Positions 22,033 through 36,029 of a DNA stretch of 64,000 bases are shown here, piece by piece. The number at the start of each line of letters is the position of its first letter. Within the stretch, counting starts at the first letter, position 1. A program made the translations under genes and the position numbers. A model generated the notes under the pieces. That model saw only the letters and a list, made by a program, of their open reading frames with translations, searched no databases and had not been told where the DNA came from. The DNA is from Chiloscyllium plagiosum (Eukaryota): positions 114,078,257 through 114,142,256 of the forward strand of contig NC_057715.1 in NCBI RefSeq assembly GCF_004010195.1, in the 5' to 3' direction.

Positions 22033-25000
22033 CAGATTGGAAAAGGTAGAGTACTGACACAATTTCAAAAAAACACTGAGCTACTCCACAACTTAGTTAC
22101 ATACTTTGCATTGAGATTAGCAAACAATATATCCAGTGCCCAGTCATATACCAATATTAATTCAAAGTTTAAAAATTATTCTTGTGTTACAAATATCAGC
22201 AATTAGTTATTTAATTACTTGAATAATAGGCCATAAGTATCCTATTTAAACAAAACACATGAAACGATTCAAAGCTGTAGTGAGATCTCCTTTTGTCCTT
22301 TGGGTGAACTTTTCTTCACTGTTTAAGTCCTCCCGAGGTAGAACTGCGAAAAGTTTGCTTTCAGATAAGAGTATAGAGAGGTGAGGTCATTTTGTAGCTG
22401 AGATCTTAGCTTTACATAAGGGGTTTGCAATGGGAACACAGGTCTCTGTTCATCAACATAAGCACCTCCAATGACAGTAATGAGACAGGAAACAAAAGCC
22501 TGTGAAAAATAATATTTCCACTGGACAACGATGATACAGTTCATTCAATACTATGGTTTTGTCTACATGAATACCAACAAGGCTTTCATTCTGCATTTGA
22601 AAAAAATCATAACTTGAAACCTCGGCGGATTATGATAGTATTTCACACTATTTCAAAGACTAGCTTAAGGTTTTCAAGATTTACTTTAGGGCTGGTGGGA
22701 AGGAAGTTGGAGTTTGGTGCTCAGTGGTAGGAGAGACTGGTTTCTTAAAAGGAATATACTGTTGTCGACACTATTTTAGATTTCTAAGTAGCACTTTGTT
22801 TCACAGAACCCTGTGTGCACTTAACTAGAAAAAGTACTGGGCAAGGTGAAAAAGACATTGAGCAGTAAACAGAGTACAATTTGCAGTGATCACATTCCCT
22901 CACAACAAACAGATGAGAAGTGAGCAATGGTTAGAAAAATCCTCCCACACAAGTAGAGGGGTGGAGTACTGGATGCCATTCAAAACAAGACAGAACAAAC
23001 AATTGTGTGGATTAAAGGCTTTATTCAGAACCAGGGCTTGAATACTGACATCTGTGGTATATAGAAAGCAATATGCATGCCACACTTGAACAAAGAATTT
23101 ACAATTAGATAACATACATTAAAAAAAAATACTATTTTTACACATCCATCCAAATTTGGTAAGGTCCAAATCTCAACAATGCTTTCTAAATCCAGGCTTT
23201 TAGAGCATCACCTACTCATCATTTTCAAGTTATTTCATTGCCTTTCATTCTTTTATTCTTGTCCACAGTAAAGAACAAAAGGAAAGTTGCAACAAGCTGA
23301 AAGTGCTTCCTCCACAGGCAGGAAGGAGAGAAAATGTTAAAACAGGTTACTCCAAGATTGAAGTAACACCAAGAATTGCTCTAAATAGTGATGAACTGAG
23401 GATTTCTCCTGTCTTTCCCCTCAGCTACGCCAGGGGTACAGTGGGGTAACTGAGGAAAGGAAGCTGAAGACTGCAAATATGGCTTAATATGCTGGATGCT
23501 GACAAGCAATTACTGAAGGATTGCAAATATGCTTTCATAGTTAGATCATTTAGGACTGAGGGGAGAATATATTTTTTCAGAGCTCTGTTGCAGTCTGGAA
23601 ATGTGAGCCTTTTTTCTCTGCAAAAAGCCACCATGAGCATCTTCAACATTTGCTGCTTTTTTTTTGGTAGATTATTATTATTATTTTGGTCTATTATTTG
23701 TAATAGTTTGCCGTTGGAATTCTCCTTAGTTCGCCGTTGGAATTCTCCTTAGTTCACCCCCAGAGGACGATGGATGCTCAGAATATAGGAAAGACCGAGA
23801 CCGATAGATTCTTAGGCATCGAGGGAATCGAGGTAAAGAGGGCAAAGCTATGGAGTCGATTATCACTTGTGGTGTGGTACAAATTTACTTCCCACTCATC
23901 GGTCTAAGCAGGTGCTGCATTTAGACATTGACTGCTTCAATATCTGAAGGGTCATGAATGGTGCTCAACATTGTGCAATCTTCAGCTAATATCTCCATTT
24001 GTGAGCTTATACTGGAGGGAAGATCATTAATGCAGCTGAAACGTTTGGGCCTGGGTCACCACACTGAATAAATCCTGAGATTATGCGCCAACTGAGATTA
24101 GAACAAAGAAGGAATAGGCCATTCTGTCTGTCGTACCAGCGCACCATTCAATTAGATCCGAGCTCATCATCAGCCTAAACGGCAGTTTCTCTCACTATAT
24201 TGCTCTATAGCCCGAGCGGTCATTACTCTTCAGAAATCTATCGAGTTTTGCATTGAATTTTCAAATATCAAGCTTCTCATAGTCTCATTCTCTATAATAT
24301 TCGACGTGAAATCATGCAGATTACCAAATGAATTCAGGACTTGAAAAGGTTGAAATGAGAGGGCTCGCATTTGTATATCTGCAATTCTTTGCCCCAAAAG
24401 GCTGTGGATGGTGGAACAATTGAAATTTTACACACTGCTTTCGATGTATTTTGATGGATGAAGGTACCAAAGATCAAAGGCAGATAAATAGAGGCAAGGT
24501 GCAGATTATCCATGATCTGCTTGAATGGGGCTCGAGCCTGTTCCTAGTTTGATAATGGTTAGTGAAAGTGACAGTGGAAAGACTGGTGCTGTCTAGTTTA
24601 CTAATTGGTACCCTGAAGGTAACTACTGAAAGTCAAATACACTTTGATCTCTGAAAACTGCTCGAGACAGCAAAATTTCCCTTATTGTGCAACATATAAG
24701 AAGTTATAGATTATAAAGTGCAATCTTGTATATTTTTGCAATTTTGTATTTCAGTGGTATTTACATCTTTTTGAAATAGCACATGTATGGATGGCAGGTA
24801 ACAGAGTAGTGGAACCAGAAACAAAATTAAAAAGAGGTAACTTGACCAGTTCAAGGAATGGGATTATAAGATGAACGTGGGAAGCAAAGTCTCGGTGGAG
24901 AACAAACAGTGAAAAAGAACACAAAACAGGCAGCCTTCAAAAAATGCTTTGAAGTTTCTTTAAAAAAATGTTTGACTACTACAAAGGACGTCTTTAAGGA

Positions 25001-26959
25001 CCAATACAATAGACAAGGTCCAACTTTCAAAAATCTGCCATCATGTGTGAACAAGTTGACGCGATTGAAGCTTAATTTAACTTTGACGTACATAATGTTG
25101 AATCTTCAACTCTCTAGCAGCTTTATAATTCAATGGCATTTAAATCGCTTTGTATTCAAATGTTTGTCCAAGGCTACATTAAGATGTTGTCAATCTGGCA
25201 TTCTAATTCATTCTTGCTTAGAACACTCAAACCTCAATACTCTCCATGTTCTTAGTAAATTAAATACTTTGTTTTAAGTCATACATTCATGTAGTAAAAG
25301 ACCACATCACTTAAATTTGCCACAGCCTTTACGAACTGATTTTTTAAAAAAACTGCAGTTACAGACTTAGAGATAAATACAGCTACTATTTTGCTTATGT
25401 ATAGTTTAAAAATAGCAAATGAGATGAATGACCAGCCAATTTACCTGAGGCATCAGATTGAGAGAGAGAGAAATGTTAACCAGAATATCAATGCAATTCC
25501 AAGCCTTTCTCAATAGGATAATGGAACTTCCCTGTTCAAACAGGTTGCCAGGATAATTGAAGAAAACTCAAGTATGGGTGATACCATTTCAAACAAAAAA
25601 AACTTGGAAACTTGTAGCATTTTGATCAAACAGCATTCAAACTCTAGAAATGAGGAATAACCATTCAGTACATCATTGTGCTACGTGCACATGACATCAT
25701 AACCAATAAACAGCTCAGGAGAAACTACTTAACTCAGAGTGGCGACAATGTGAAACTCAGTGACACGAGGAGCAGGTCAGATGAAAAGCAAAGGTACTTT
25801 AGGGAAAACGAGATAAAACCCATTTGGAAGGAAGGAATAGAAGAATATTTTGATAGAGTTGATAGGCAAAAGCAGTAATGAGGTGGCTCATATGGAGCAT
25901 AAACACCAGTACGGACCAGTTGGGCTGAATGGTGTATTTGCACTCCATATTCCATGTAATCTTACAACAGTGCACTAAAGCACAGCTCACTTGTCAAATA
26001 TGCAAAAGGCTATTTTTTGAACTTGAAATGAAATGGAGATTATCTTGTGTCTCTCCAAAGCACAATTCATTGTAAATGGAACAGCAAAGTCCTTTTATAG
26101 TTGACTGAATGACTATTTGGTTGAAGATAAAAGAGCAGCAGGATTTTAAACTCTTGATTATAATGACAGAGCTTATCAAAATGGCAAACACCAGCTGGCA
26201 GGTGCTACAAAGAGGTCCTGTACAATTGCAGGCTATGGTAACAAGCTGGTTTATAAATTCATTTCCTTTACAGAAAGCTTGCATTACATTAATAACATAT
26301 TCAAAATTGCATCAAGAATTTATACTTGCAAAGAACTAAACTGACAATCATCTTCAAAAATGGTTCCAGCAATGTCTATGAATCAACAATTTTATTTAGA
26401 ACCTGGTCTCAACTTCCTAACCAGCAAGAGAAAGGTAACAAATAGATTTGGATAATTAATAAAGTTATAGATTAAGAAGCAGATTATCGACATTCATGAC
26501 TTATTCTCTTCGCATTCGGAGTTGGGAATAAAAGCAGATTGAACACTGCACTTAATCAAATGCAAGTTTTTGTAATTGAACTCGTTCAAGACTGGTTTGA
26601 AAAAAAATAGTTACCCATTTGATGATTGCGTAAAAGGTTACCCAGCCCAACACAAACCAGACTCCATTTCAGCTGTTCCTTAAACTTAAGTTCTTATGCT
26701 TGAATGCAAAAGTTTTTAAGGATCAACAACTGAGCTTGCATGTAGAGAACTGCTTTGATGTCACTGCTGTGCTCTGGAACTAAACTGGAACCACTGGAAC
26801 TGTTGTTTAATTTGGTGGCACAGGTGAGCAATTGGGTGAACTTTGAAAGTTTCACAGAGCATGTACTTTCAGCAAAACATTTGGCAGCATCATTGGTTCT
26901 TCTCATACACCCATTCCAAGCTCAAAGCATCGCTGCAACATTTTGCTCCCATTCTTGAA

Positions 26960-27330
26960 TGGATAGTACTTTTGTCTCTGTCAGAAAATAATCTGAGACT
27001 TTGGCTCAAAGACTGAGGTTGACATTCCCCAGTGCACTAAGGGAGTGCACTGCAACAGATGTTATCTTTTGGATAAGTTGTTAGTTTGTGGCTGTCTACC
27101 CTCTTCATGTCATTATTTTCAAGATGAGCAGTTTTACTCATGTCCTGGCTAATATTTAGAACTCAATTATTATTGAATCATATCAAATTGCTGTTTATGA
27201 AAGCTTGCTGTGCAAAACTGGCTTCTGACTTACCTACATTACAGAAATAATTTCTTTTCAGGAATTATTTCATTGCCTGCAAAGTGCTTTGGCATGCCCT
27301 GAGCTTGCTATAATGTAGTGCCTCCTTATT
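26960..27330 (+). mobile_element. Deu-domain SINE (SacSINE1-like), old
   Basis: cagtgcactaagggagtgc...tcttttggataagttgtta...tgtcctggctaatattta...gcttgctgtgcaaaactggc...cctacattaca. Confidence 0.65.
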
Positions 27331-29044
27331 TTCTCCTTGTATAACCAATCTTAATGCCTCAGACTTTGTAAGACCTCAGTGAAAGTCTTTGGAGTGTGGG
27401 ATGGGCATTGCTGGGTTGCAGTTATTGAAGTAGCATTTGATGGAGGTGAAGGTGGGAGAGTTCAATTGCTGGGTGTAAATGGCAGCGTGTAGACTTCAGT
27501 TGCTAAAGTGAGGGTTGGGAGGCTTCAGTTGCTGTGTGCACAGGGGTACATGCATCAGTTGCTGAAGGGGAGGGGATAGAGGTTTCAATTGGGAGGGTAC
27601 GAAGGGGCACAAGGAGATAGAGAAAAAGCTTCAGTAACAATGCCCTGTCCCTGCTGCCACCCCCACACCCCGAATCTCCCTATTATTCTGTCATATGGCT
27701 TAGCTTTGCTCCTGTATCATACGGTTGAATGGGTTGGATGACTCCCTGTGGATCCATGTGCTGCTGTTGCGACATATAATGTTAGCTGAATGGCCGTATG
27801 AGGAGAAGGAAAACATGTGAAATGATGTGTCACCAAGGCTCTGACAAACAGAAATGTACAATTTCTTTAAGAGGAGGGAGATTCAAAAAGTGTATAAAAG
27901 GATACAATTTTTCTCTGTGTTGGGGGCAGGGAAGGGAAGGAGTCCTTTTCATTGAAATATTCCTTCCCACTCTAAACCACAAACAGGTTATTATTACCAT
28001 TAGTCACTGGTTGGCAGCTCCTAGATGGCAGAAAATGATTTCACATTATAATACTGTCTGCCACACATCTCCATGTTATTTACTATTTTCATTCTTCCTA
28101 TTGGGGAGTTTATGAGGATAATAAATACATTGGGACATTTCACAGTCTTTTGTGTTGCCGATTCTTTTGGCTTGAATTTATTTGACATCTTGCTGATAAT
28201 ATGCAGACCCCAAAGCTTACAGCCCAAAAGGATGGAAACTGTATTATGTGACAGAAGGCATTACGTAAAGCGACAGGTGGGTTTGCAGAGGAATGCTCTT
28301 AAAAAGTGATCACTGCTTGCAGGCGGACACACGCAGCTTTAATCACAAATTACATTTCCCAAGGACATCCCAAGAACAGTTGTGGGTCACGAAACTTCAC
28401 TAATAATTCTCTCCTTTCAAAACCTTTGCTATTCCTCTCTCTAATAAAAGAAACTTCATCATTTATCACTCTGTCAACAATGGAGAGTCCCTGACAATAA
28501 CATGGAATAAAAAGCAAAGCTTAAACTTGAAGAGCTTACAAGTCATTTCTGACCCAAAAACACAGTTTACATTGCACTTTCACAACTAGTTGAATTCGGC
28601 TGGTTTGAGAGCTATTAACAAAACACAGATTTTTGTTAACCGTAAACCATTTATTCTCGGTTTTACAGCAATTAGCACTCAGTTGTAAAGAGACAGCTTT
28701 GGAAGAGAATGCTGTGGATTACTTTATCAAATGCCAAAAGTTGAAGAGGGTATGGGGAGAGAAGAGAACCAGTGAGTCTTTTGACTCCATATAGTGTCTC
28801 AGACAGCTTGAAGTGAGAAAATCCAAAAGTCTACAGTTGACAGTTTCTTTAACCTTTCATTTTAGAAGTAAATTCATTACTACAATTGTTCTCTGGCTAA
28901 TATTTTCAGTCAGCTGGGTTTTGTGGTCTATTAAGTTTGGGCAAAGCAGAGGGTTCAGAATTGAGAGTAGACCAAACCAATGAGCTTTAATGGTACCAAT
29001 ACTAAGGGGACTAGAAAGAGATGAGTCTACAAGCAATCACATCA

Positions 29045-29175
29045 TTACTGTTTCACTGCTGCTCACTGATGTTACCTAGCATGGTGACAAAACATCTGAG
29101 AACAAATCCAATAGCTCAGTGAGCAAACTTACAACCTGACCAACAACCTGAGCTACAAATCTTCTGCAACATCTC
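29045..29175 (+). mobile_element. Decayed Penelope terminal repeat (family D)
   Basis: cactgatgttacctagcatggtgacaaaacatctg...agctcagtgagcaaacttaca resembles 42745-42842. Confidence 0.7.
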
Positions 29176-29912
29176 AAACATCATTACTTCTCGTGAGTAC
29201 ATAACTTTAAAAGTTAAGAAAAAGTCTTGTACAGAAGCTATCACACAGTTTTTTTTTTAATATTAAAAAAATTTGGGGAAGGGCAATGTACACAGAACAG
29301 AGTGACATCGAAGACCATTGGGGGAGGGGGAAGAGAGAGATAGTGGAGGAGGGGATGTGAAGAAACTCAAATGGTAGGTGATACTAAATTTGAGGCCTAT
29401 GGTTCACTTAACCAGACATCATAGTTTTAGCATTAGGTGAGTTTGTGCATTCTGACAATGAAGTGCTAAATGTAACATCTGAGCCAGGACATTGCTCTAA
29501 ATGAGGGACGCTTTATTCCTCCAAATCTGGAATCTGTCTAGAATTGCATTGGACGTTTAATGTCAGTCTCATTTTTTGCACAGATGTTAGTAAAGCCAGC
29601 CAAGTTAGATTGTAGAAAAAAAGGATAAGCCTAGGAAGTTAAATAGAGTGCAACAGTTTTTGGGTCACACCAAACAAAGTTCAGAACAGGAGAAGGGAAC
29701 ATGACACTATGATACTCAGGAAAATAAATGCATGCTCAAAGTAATCAGCAAAAAACAGCATTAATCAGTCAAGAGAAGCGAGAGATAAAGCTAAGGTGAA
29801 TGGCAGTGACTGCCGATCAGACAAATGTGAGGGTGAGACAGCTGATTGAGTGCATTCCAGGAATTGGAGCACTGACATTTTGGTTGGATTTGGCACAGCT
29901 GAATTATTTCTT

Positions 29913-30122
29913 AAAAACCAAAGAAACTGCAGATGCTGTAAATCAGAAATAGTCAGAAGTTGCTGGCAAAGCTCAGCAGGTCTGGCAGCATCTGTGAAGA
30001 AAAACCAAAGTTAATGTTTCAAGTGTGGTGATCCTTTAACCAGACTCAAAACATTAATTTTGATTTCTCTACACAGATGTTGCCTTACCTGCTGAGCTTT
30101 TCCAGCAAGATTTGAGTTTGTT
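29913..30122. mobile_element. Fold-back Penelope-type element, family B, with 13-bp TSD
   Basis: Arms ttgctggcaaagctcagcaggtctggcagcatctgtg / cacagatgttgccttacctgctgagctttttccagcaa. TSD tgaattatttctt (29900-29912) and tgagttatttctt (30123-30135). Confidence 0.8.
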
Positions 30123-30254
30123 TGAGTTATTTCTTGCTTATGTTGATAATTATTTAATTTTCTCCTCTGGCATCTGAATTAATGAGGATAGCAAGTACCT
30201 GGATCTGCAAAAAACAGCAATCTTTCAAGTTCAACCCTTGCTTTCTAGAGTCAG

Positions 30255-31160
30255 TTTTACAGCATGTAAAGAGGTCCTTCAGCCCATCTTTCCTGTGCTG
30301 ATCATTTCATACCTGTCTACTCTGACCCCATTTTTCAGTTTTTGGACTGTAGCCTTGTCTACTTAGCTTTCTAAATATTTATTTAAATATTTCTTAAATA
30401 TTCTAACAGTTCCTGATTCTTCCACCCATTCAGGGAGTGAGTTTCAGAATCCTATCCCCTCAAATCTCCTCTAAACCTCCAGGCCCTTATCTTAAATCTA
30501 TGCTCCTGGTTATTGATGCACCCATGAAGAGTACAAGTTCCTTCCTATTTATGTTCTTCATAATTCTGGACATCTCAAACATCTGTCCTACGGCTTTCAA
30601 GGATTTATGGACAAGCACAGTAATGAGCCTTGGATGTGCTGTACTCCTCAGGGTCCTATCATCCATTGTGCAATCCTTTGTCTGATTCATCATCTCAAAA
30701 TGCAGCACCTCTCCCTTTTCAGGATTAAACTCATCTGCCACTGTCCACTCAACTGAATACCCAGTCTATATTGTCCTGTAGACGAAGGCTTGCTGCCTCA
30801 CTATTTGTCATACTAATGTGTGCCATCTGTAAACTTTCTGATCAAAATCTCCTACATTTACACTTAGATCATTAACATACTCTACAAGCAGTGTACCAGC
30901 ACCAGGGCCTGCAGTATGCTATTGAATACAGCCTTCCAGTCACAATAACAAACTTCAACAGTACTTTCTGCCTCGTACCACTAAGACAATTTTAGGGTCC
31001 AATTTTCCAAATTGCCTTGGATCCCCTAGACTCTCACCTACTTGACCAGTCTCCTATTGAGACCTTAGAGTTCCACGTAGTCAACATCAACTACACAATC
31101 CTCATCAACATACTTAGTCATGACATTCAAAAATTCAGTCAAGCTTGACAGGATCACTCT
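30255..31160 (-). mobile_element. CR1 LINE RT to 3' end, internally deleted and decayed
   Basis: ORF 30487-30741 EFNPEKGEVLHF...VLVHKSLKA; reverse-complement RT region through 31150. Confidence 0.8.
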
Positions 31161-31174
31161 GATCAAAGCCACAT

Positions 31175-31815
31175 TGAGCTGAAACAAAAATTATTGGAGA
31201 AACTCAGTAGGTCAAGCACCATCTTTGGTAAGAATGCAGAATTAAAGTTCTGAATCTGGCTGGTGGTAGATGCAGACAAAGCCCAGGGAGAGAAATATGA
31301 ATTGGGTAGATTGTGAAGGAGATAATGGATGGTAGATAGCAGGCCAGGAAACAAGAGGAGCTGAAGGGGAAATAATAAGAAGTGTAAGAAAATGGGCTAG
31401 CTGTGCTGAATATAACCCAATAATGTGAGAATGGACCTAGGAGTATGTGGAAATGTAAAAGCCGAACAGGTCATAACAGGATCATTTGTGGGGTGGCCAA
31501 AAAGCACAGGAGAATGGAATCAGGTGCTAAAGTTATTGAATTTAATGTTGAGTTTTAGAGGCTGCACGGTTCCCAAGTGGAAAATGGAAATATTGTGCTG
31601 AGGTAGGCAGGAATTAGAGGGTTACAACTGGCCTCAGCATCACCAGGTTAGGCAAAGCATAAGAAATACACCAAGAGCTCCACATGCAGATATCAGATAG
31701 AGATAGGATTGGGTTAGTTCAAATCATCTTTGGACCATGCAACATTAACTCTGTTTCTCCCTCCACAGATGTTGCCAGACCAGCTGAACTTCCCCAGTAC
31801 TTCTCGCTTATGTTT
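31175..31815 (-). mobile_element. Longer Penelope-derived element with family-B inverted ends
   Basis: Family-B arms at about 31178-31250 and 31738-31810. Internal 31530-31597 on the minus strand resembles the Penelope endonuclease C-terminus (FHLGTVQPLKLNIKFN). Confidence 0.6.
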
Positions 31816-32739
31816 CTGGCCTTTCCCTTAATGTCACCATGCACTTGAGGGTAGACCACCAATAAGTTATTGGCTGTAGAGACACTGACTTACTTCTCCT
31901 CCTCAGGGCACTAAAGTCAACACCGGCATTAGAGTCAGAAGCAAAGCCCATTGTGCATTATAAGAGGGGAAATTGACCCAGTTCAAATAATTGAATACTG
32001 CACAATAAGCTCTATGTGCTGCAAACACTTTCTCCCCCACCCAGTGGGAAAAGCAGGTCCTCTGATGTGCAATCTCAACGAAAGGAGATTTAAAATTGAA
32101 ATGCTTGATGCTTGAAGTGAAGCAGACTGCATAGATTACTCTTTTGCAGCTTAGCCAATAGGCAAAATGGGAATCTCAGCATAGTGACAGCACCTGCTAC
32201 AACTTTCAGCTCTGCTGTGTCAGATTACCTCAAACACAACTTATAAATAAAAATTCATCTCCAGGTGGATAGCACTTCAAAGAGTACATGCTGTTACTGG
32301 CCTTGAGCCAGCTGTCTGGGATCAATTTTAAACACTGTGGAAGAAGCCTCTCATTGAAATGCACTTTAAAACAAAACTTACCAGAAGTAAAACATCAAAA
32401 TTATTTGCTATAATTTAAAAATATAAAGAAGGACCATCCTGTACAAACTAGCTGCAATTACAGCTAGCAGTTGAAGTCAACAAGTAAGAAACAGCTGTCT
32501 TTACTATCATTAGGATGCTAGCTTCTTTCCTGTTAATGCCTAAAAAGACTGAAAAGATTACCACATACTTGGGAACTTCAGCCTTTGAAATCACCAGTAA
32601 GCTACATTCCAGGTCGGATGTACTGAAAGAAACAACAGGAGCTAGTGTGTTTTGACAAGGACATCATCAGGGAACCTGTCACCTGACCCCACTCATCCAA
32701 CTCTTTGAGTGCAAATCTCATCAGGTCATCCCTACCCAA

Positions 32740-33460
32740 CAAGCTCAATGCATTCTAAGCTCGCTTTGAACACAAGGTCAGTGCAATGATACCACCCAAT
32801 CCAACCTGCACCTGTACGCAGCATCACTCTAAGACCTAGGACTTGGCCATACTCTAATTGGATCTTGACTTCCGTAATCATTAAGAATAGGCAACACCTC
32901 CTCCACCAAAATCCTCAACACTGGTGCCCTGCAAGGCTGCATACTCAGCCCTCTATTATATCCTTAAACACTCACAACCATGTGGTCAAATTCTGCCCAA
33001 CTCTATTTACAAGTTTGCTGACAAAACCACAGTTGTAGGTGGATCTCAAATAACGATGAGACAGAATATAGGAAAGAGATATAGTGCTAAGCAGCATGGT
33101 GTAACAATCTCTCCATAGATATCAGGAAAATGAAGCTGGTCATTAACTTCAGGGAGCAGACTGGAGGGCATGCCCCTGTCAGCATTAATGGTGCTGAAAT
33201 GGAGATGGTTCACACTGTCAAATTCCTGGAAGTGATGATCACCAACAATTTGTCCTGGACCATCCATAACAAAGCAACAGTCAAGAGAGCACAATTATGT
33301 CTCTATTTTCTCAGTAAACTAAGGAAATTTGGCAAGTCCACAAGCACTCTTATTAATTAGAAAGCATCCTTTCTGGAGGCATCACAATATGGTATGGCAA
33401 TTTTCTTCCCGAGGCCGCAACAAATTACAGAGCCATGAACCCAGCCCAGTCAGCATGCAA
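32740..33460 (+). mobile_element. Rex1/Babar LINE RT fragment
   Basis: LNTGALQGCILSPL, NSIYKFADKTTVVG and KRAQLCLYFLSKLRKFG motifs. Confidence 0.85.
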
Positions 33461-33839
33461 ATCGACATTTCAGGCAAAAACCCTTCATCAGGACAGACAT
33501 CTACCCGGTTCCAATGCTAAGCTTTAGAAAGCACTAAGGAAACCACACAATGTTTGGAAGAAAAAGCTTGCCCAAAGCCAAACTCTTTGGTTCTGCATCA
33601 CAGCTTTTCGTTTTCTCCCTTTATTCTTTAATGGGACGTGGGCACTTCTGGTAGGTGTTTTTCTTAAAGCTCCAAAATTGCTGAAAAATTTCAGCAGGTC
33701 TGACAGATTCTGTATGGGCCCATTGATCATTCTTCAGAGCTAATTTTTGTTTTAAATCAAGGTGTTCAAAGATGTTACCATACATTCTGGAGCTGGTGGG
33801 ACGTGAACCTGGGCCTCCAGGCCCGCTGTGGTACAAGAG

Positions 33840-34200
33840 TCCCCACGGACATTGCTATTAAGACCAGCATTTGTTGCCGATCCCCAATGGTCCTTGAACT
33901 GGCTACTCTGCTTGGCCATTTCACAGGGCAATTACGAATCATTAAGAGTCATTGCTGTGGGTCCACAGTCACCTGCAGACCAGATTGGGTCAGGATGGCA
34001 GGTTTTCATGAACTTGATGGGTTTTTTACAACAGTTGGTGATAGTTGTCATGATTATTATCACAGTGTGACTTTCAATTCCATATATTTTAATTGAATTT
34101 AAATTCTGCCAGGTAATGAAGTGAAATTTGACCCTCATGCTCCCCAGAGTATATTTTATCCTCTGGTTCACTGGTCCAGTGATATTATATACTTGCCACC
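33840..34200 (-). mobile_element. tRNA-derived SINE sharing its tail with the second LINE family
   Basis: tRNA-like head at about 34200 (minus) and tail like 7563-7620. Related copies at about 10640-10785, 43255-43560 and 58410-58630. Confidence 0.6.
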
Positions 34201-34256
34201 TTAAAACCATGGTTTACTTTGCAAGTGCAAGCTCTGAGCAGCAAGCGTAAACATTA

Positions 34257-34350
34257 TTCCTGATGAAATGCTTATGCCCAAAATGTTGATTCTCCTGCTC
34301 CTCGACTGCTGCCTGATCGGCTGCGCTTTTCCAGCGCACACTCTGACTTG
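34257..34350 (+). mobile_element. Short Penelope-type element, family A
   Basis: ttcCTGATGAaatgcttatgcccAAAAtgttgattctcctgctcctc...ttttccagcgcacactctgac. Confidence 0.75.
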
Positions 34351-34499
34351 CAAACATTTGTTTGCTTTCTGGAACATTATCACTTCTAGAAAGGAGATGG
34401 AAATAAATCAGAAAGGATTCTGTATAATTTTATATAACACTGGTGAGACACATCAATAGTACAACTTTTTTTTCTCCTCACCTAATAAAGACTGGATAT

Positions 34500-35770
34500 G
34501 CTGACAGAAAAGGAAACATTTTGGAGAAGATACACTCGATGCATTTCTGAGATGAGCAGATATCTTACTTAGAAAGCTTAAACTGGTTAGACCTATATCC
34601 CTTGCAGTTTAGAATGAGTGACATTCTTATTGAAACATCTGAAATCATGAGGGGTCTTCGTGGGGCGTATGCTCTCCTTTGTGGGGGACTCTAGTAATGG
34701 AAAACCATCTCAAAAATAATGGGCTTCCAATTTAAAACTGAGATGAAGAGAAATTCTCTCCGAGGATTGACAGTCTGTGGACTCTGGATTTCAAGAGCAA
34801 CGAAGGCAGTGTCATTGATTATTTTCAAGGCGGAATTAGATAAATTCTTGACTGCAAGGGGTCAAAAAGTATCAAGCCGGAGCAGAAGGTAGGCTTCTTA
34901 CGAAGAGATCCTGACCGATTGCAGAATTGTCAACTTCATTTTCCTGCCTTTTCTCCATAACCCAATCTCTCTACGAAGTAAAAAAATCTCTATCAGCCAC
35001 AAATACTTATTAGTATTAAGAATACTTAATGGCCCAGTTAATAGCAGTTTGCAGCAAAGAATTCCACAGATTCATCACTCTCAGAAGAAATTCCTCTTCA
35101 TCTGTCTTAAATGGACAACTCCTTATCCTGAGTCAGAGTTACACAGCAGAGAAACAGACCTTTTGGTCCGACCAGTCCATGCTGATCAAAATCCTAAACT
35201 AAACAAGTTCCATTTGCCTACTCTTGGCCCATATTGCTATTATTTCTCATTCATGTACTTTGCTAAATGTCTTTTAAACATTGTAACATCCACCACTTCC
35301 TCTGGAGGTTCATTCCACACACAAACCACACTATTAAAAAAAGGCACCCCTCATGTCTTTTTCACATCTTTCTCCTCTCATCTTAAAAGTATGCCCCCAG
35401 TCTTGAAATCCTCAGCCCTAGTGGTAAAGGCACCCACCATTCACTCTACTTATTACCCCTTAGTATTTGATAAATCTTTGTAATTTGATAACTGTCTTAC
35501 ACACCCAGTGAAAAAGTTCCCAGTCTATCCAGCCTCTCCCTATTACTCATACCAGCCATTCCTGGCAACACCCTGGAACCCTCTCCAGCTTAATAATATC
35601 CTTCCTATAATGGAGACCAGAACTAGACACAGTTTGCCCTCCCTATGGCCCTATACTCTCCCACAATCTGAAAGAATCTTTGAACGCAGGACATACTCTA
35701 AGGCTCTTATGTTTCAATAAGGTCATCTCTCATTCTTCTAAATTCCAATGCGTATGGGCCGTACCTACTC
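34500..35770. mobile_element. Cluster of nested, decayed CR1 3' fragments
   Basis: Plus fragment at about 34530-34870 and minus fragments at about 34880-35770 with typical CR1 3' sequence. Confidence 0.7.
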
Positions 35771-36029
35771 TACCAGTTCTATGGAAACAATAACATAAAA
35801 ATGTTTCTTTGCTTTTGCAAGTACCAGGAATCACCCACAGACCTGGGTTTCACCAAAGCTATCTTCACTCAAGGCAGCAAGATTATCAGTGTGGGCAGAA
35901 CATAACACTCGGATGCATTAGTTTGGGATTTCTGTTCAAGTTAGAGTTATTGACATTAATTGCAAAGAAAACCTCAGAACTAAAATAAATATAGTTTGTG
36001 TTTATTCGGTGTCTTTTACAACATTAGTA

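Noticed and set aside
23710-23755. Perfect 23-bp tandem duplication (also 15-bp at about 37000-37030 and 13-bp at about 48931-48958)
   Set aside because: Ordinary local slippage or repair duplications with no associated structure.
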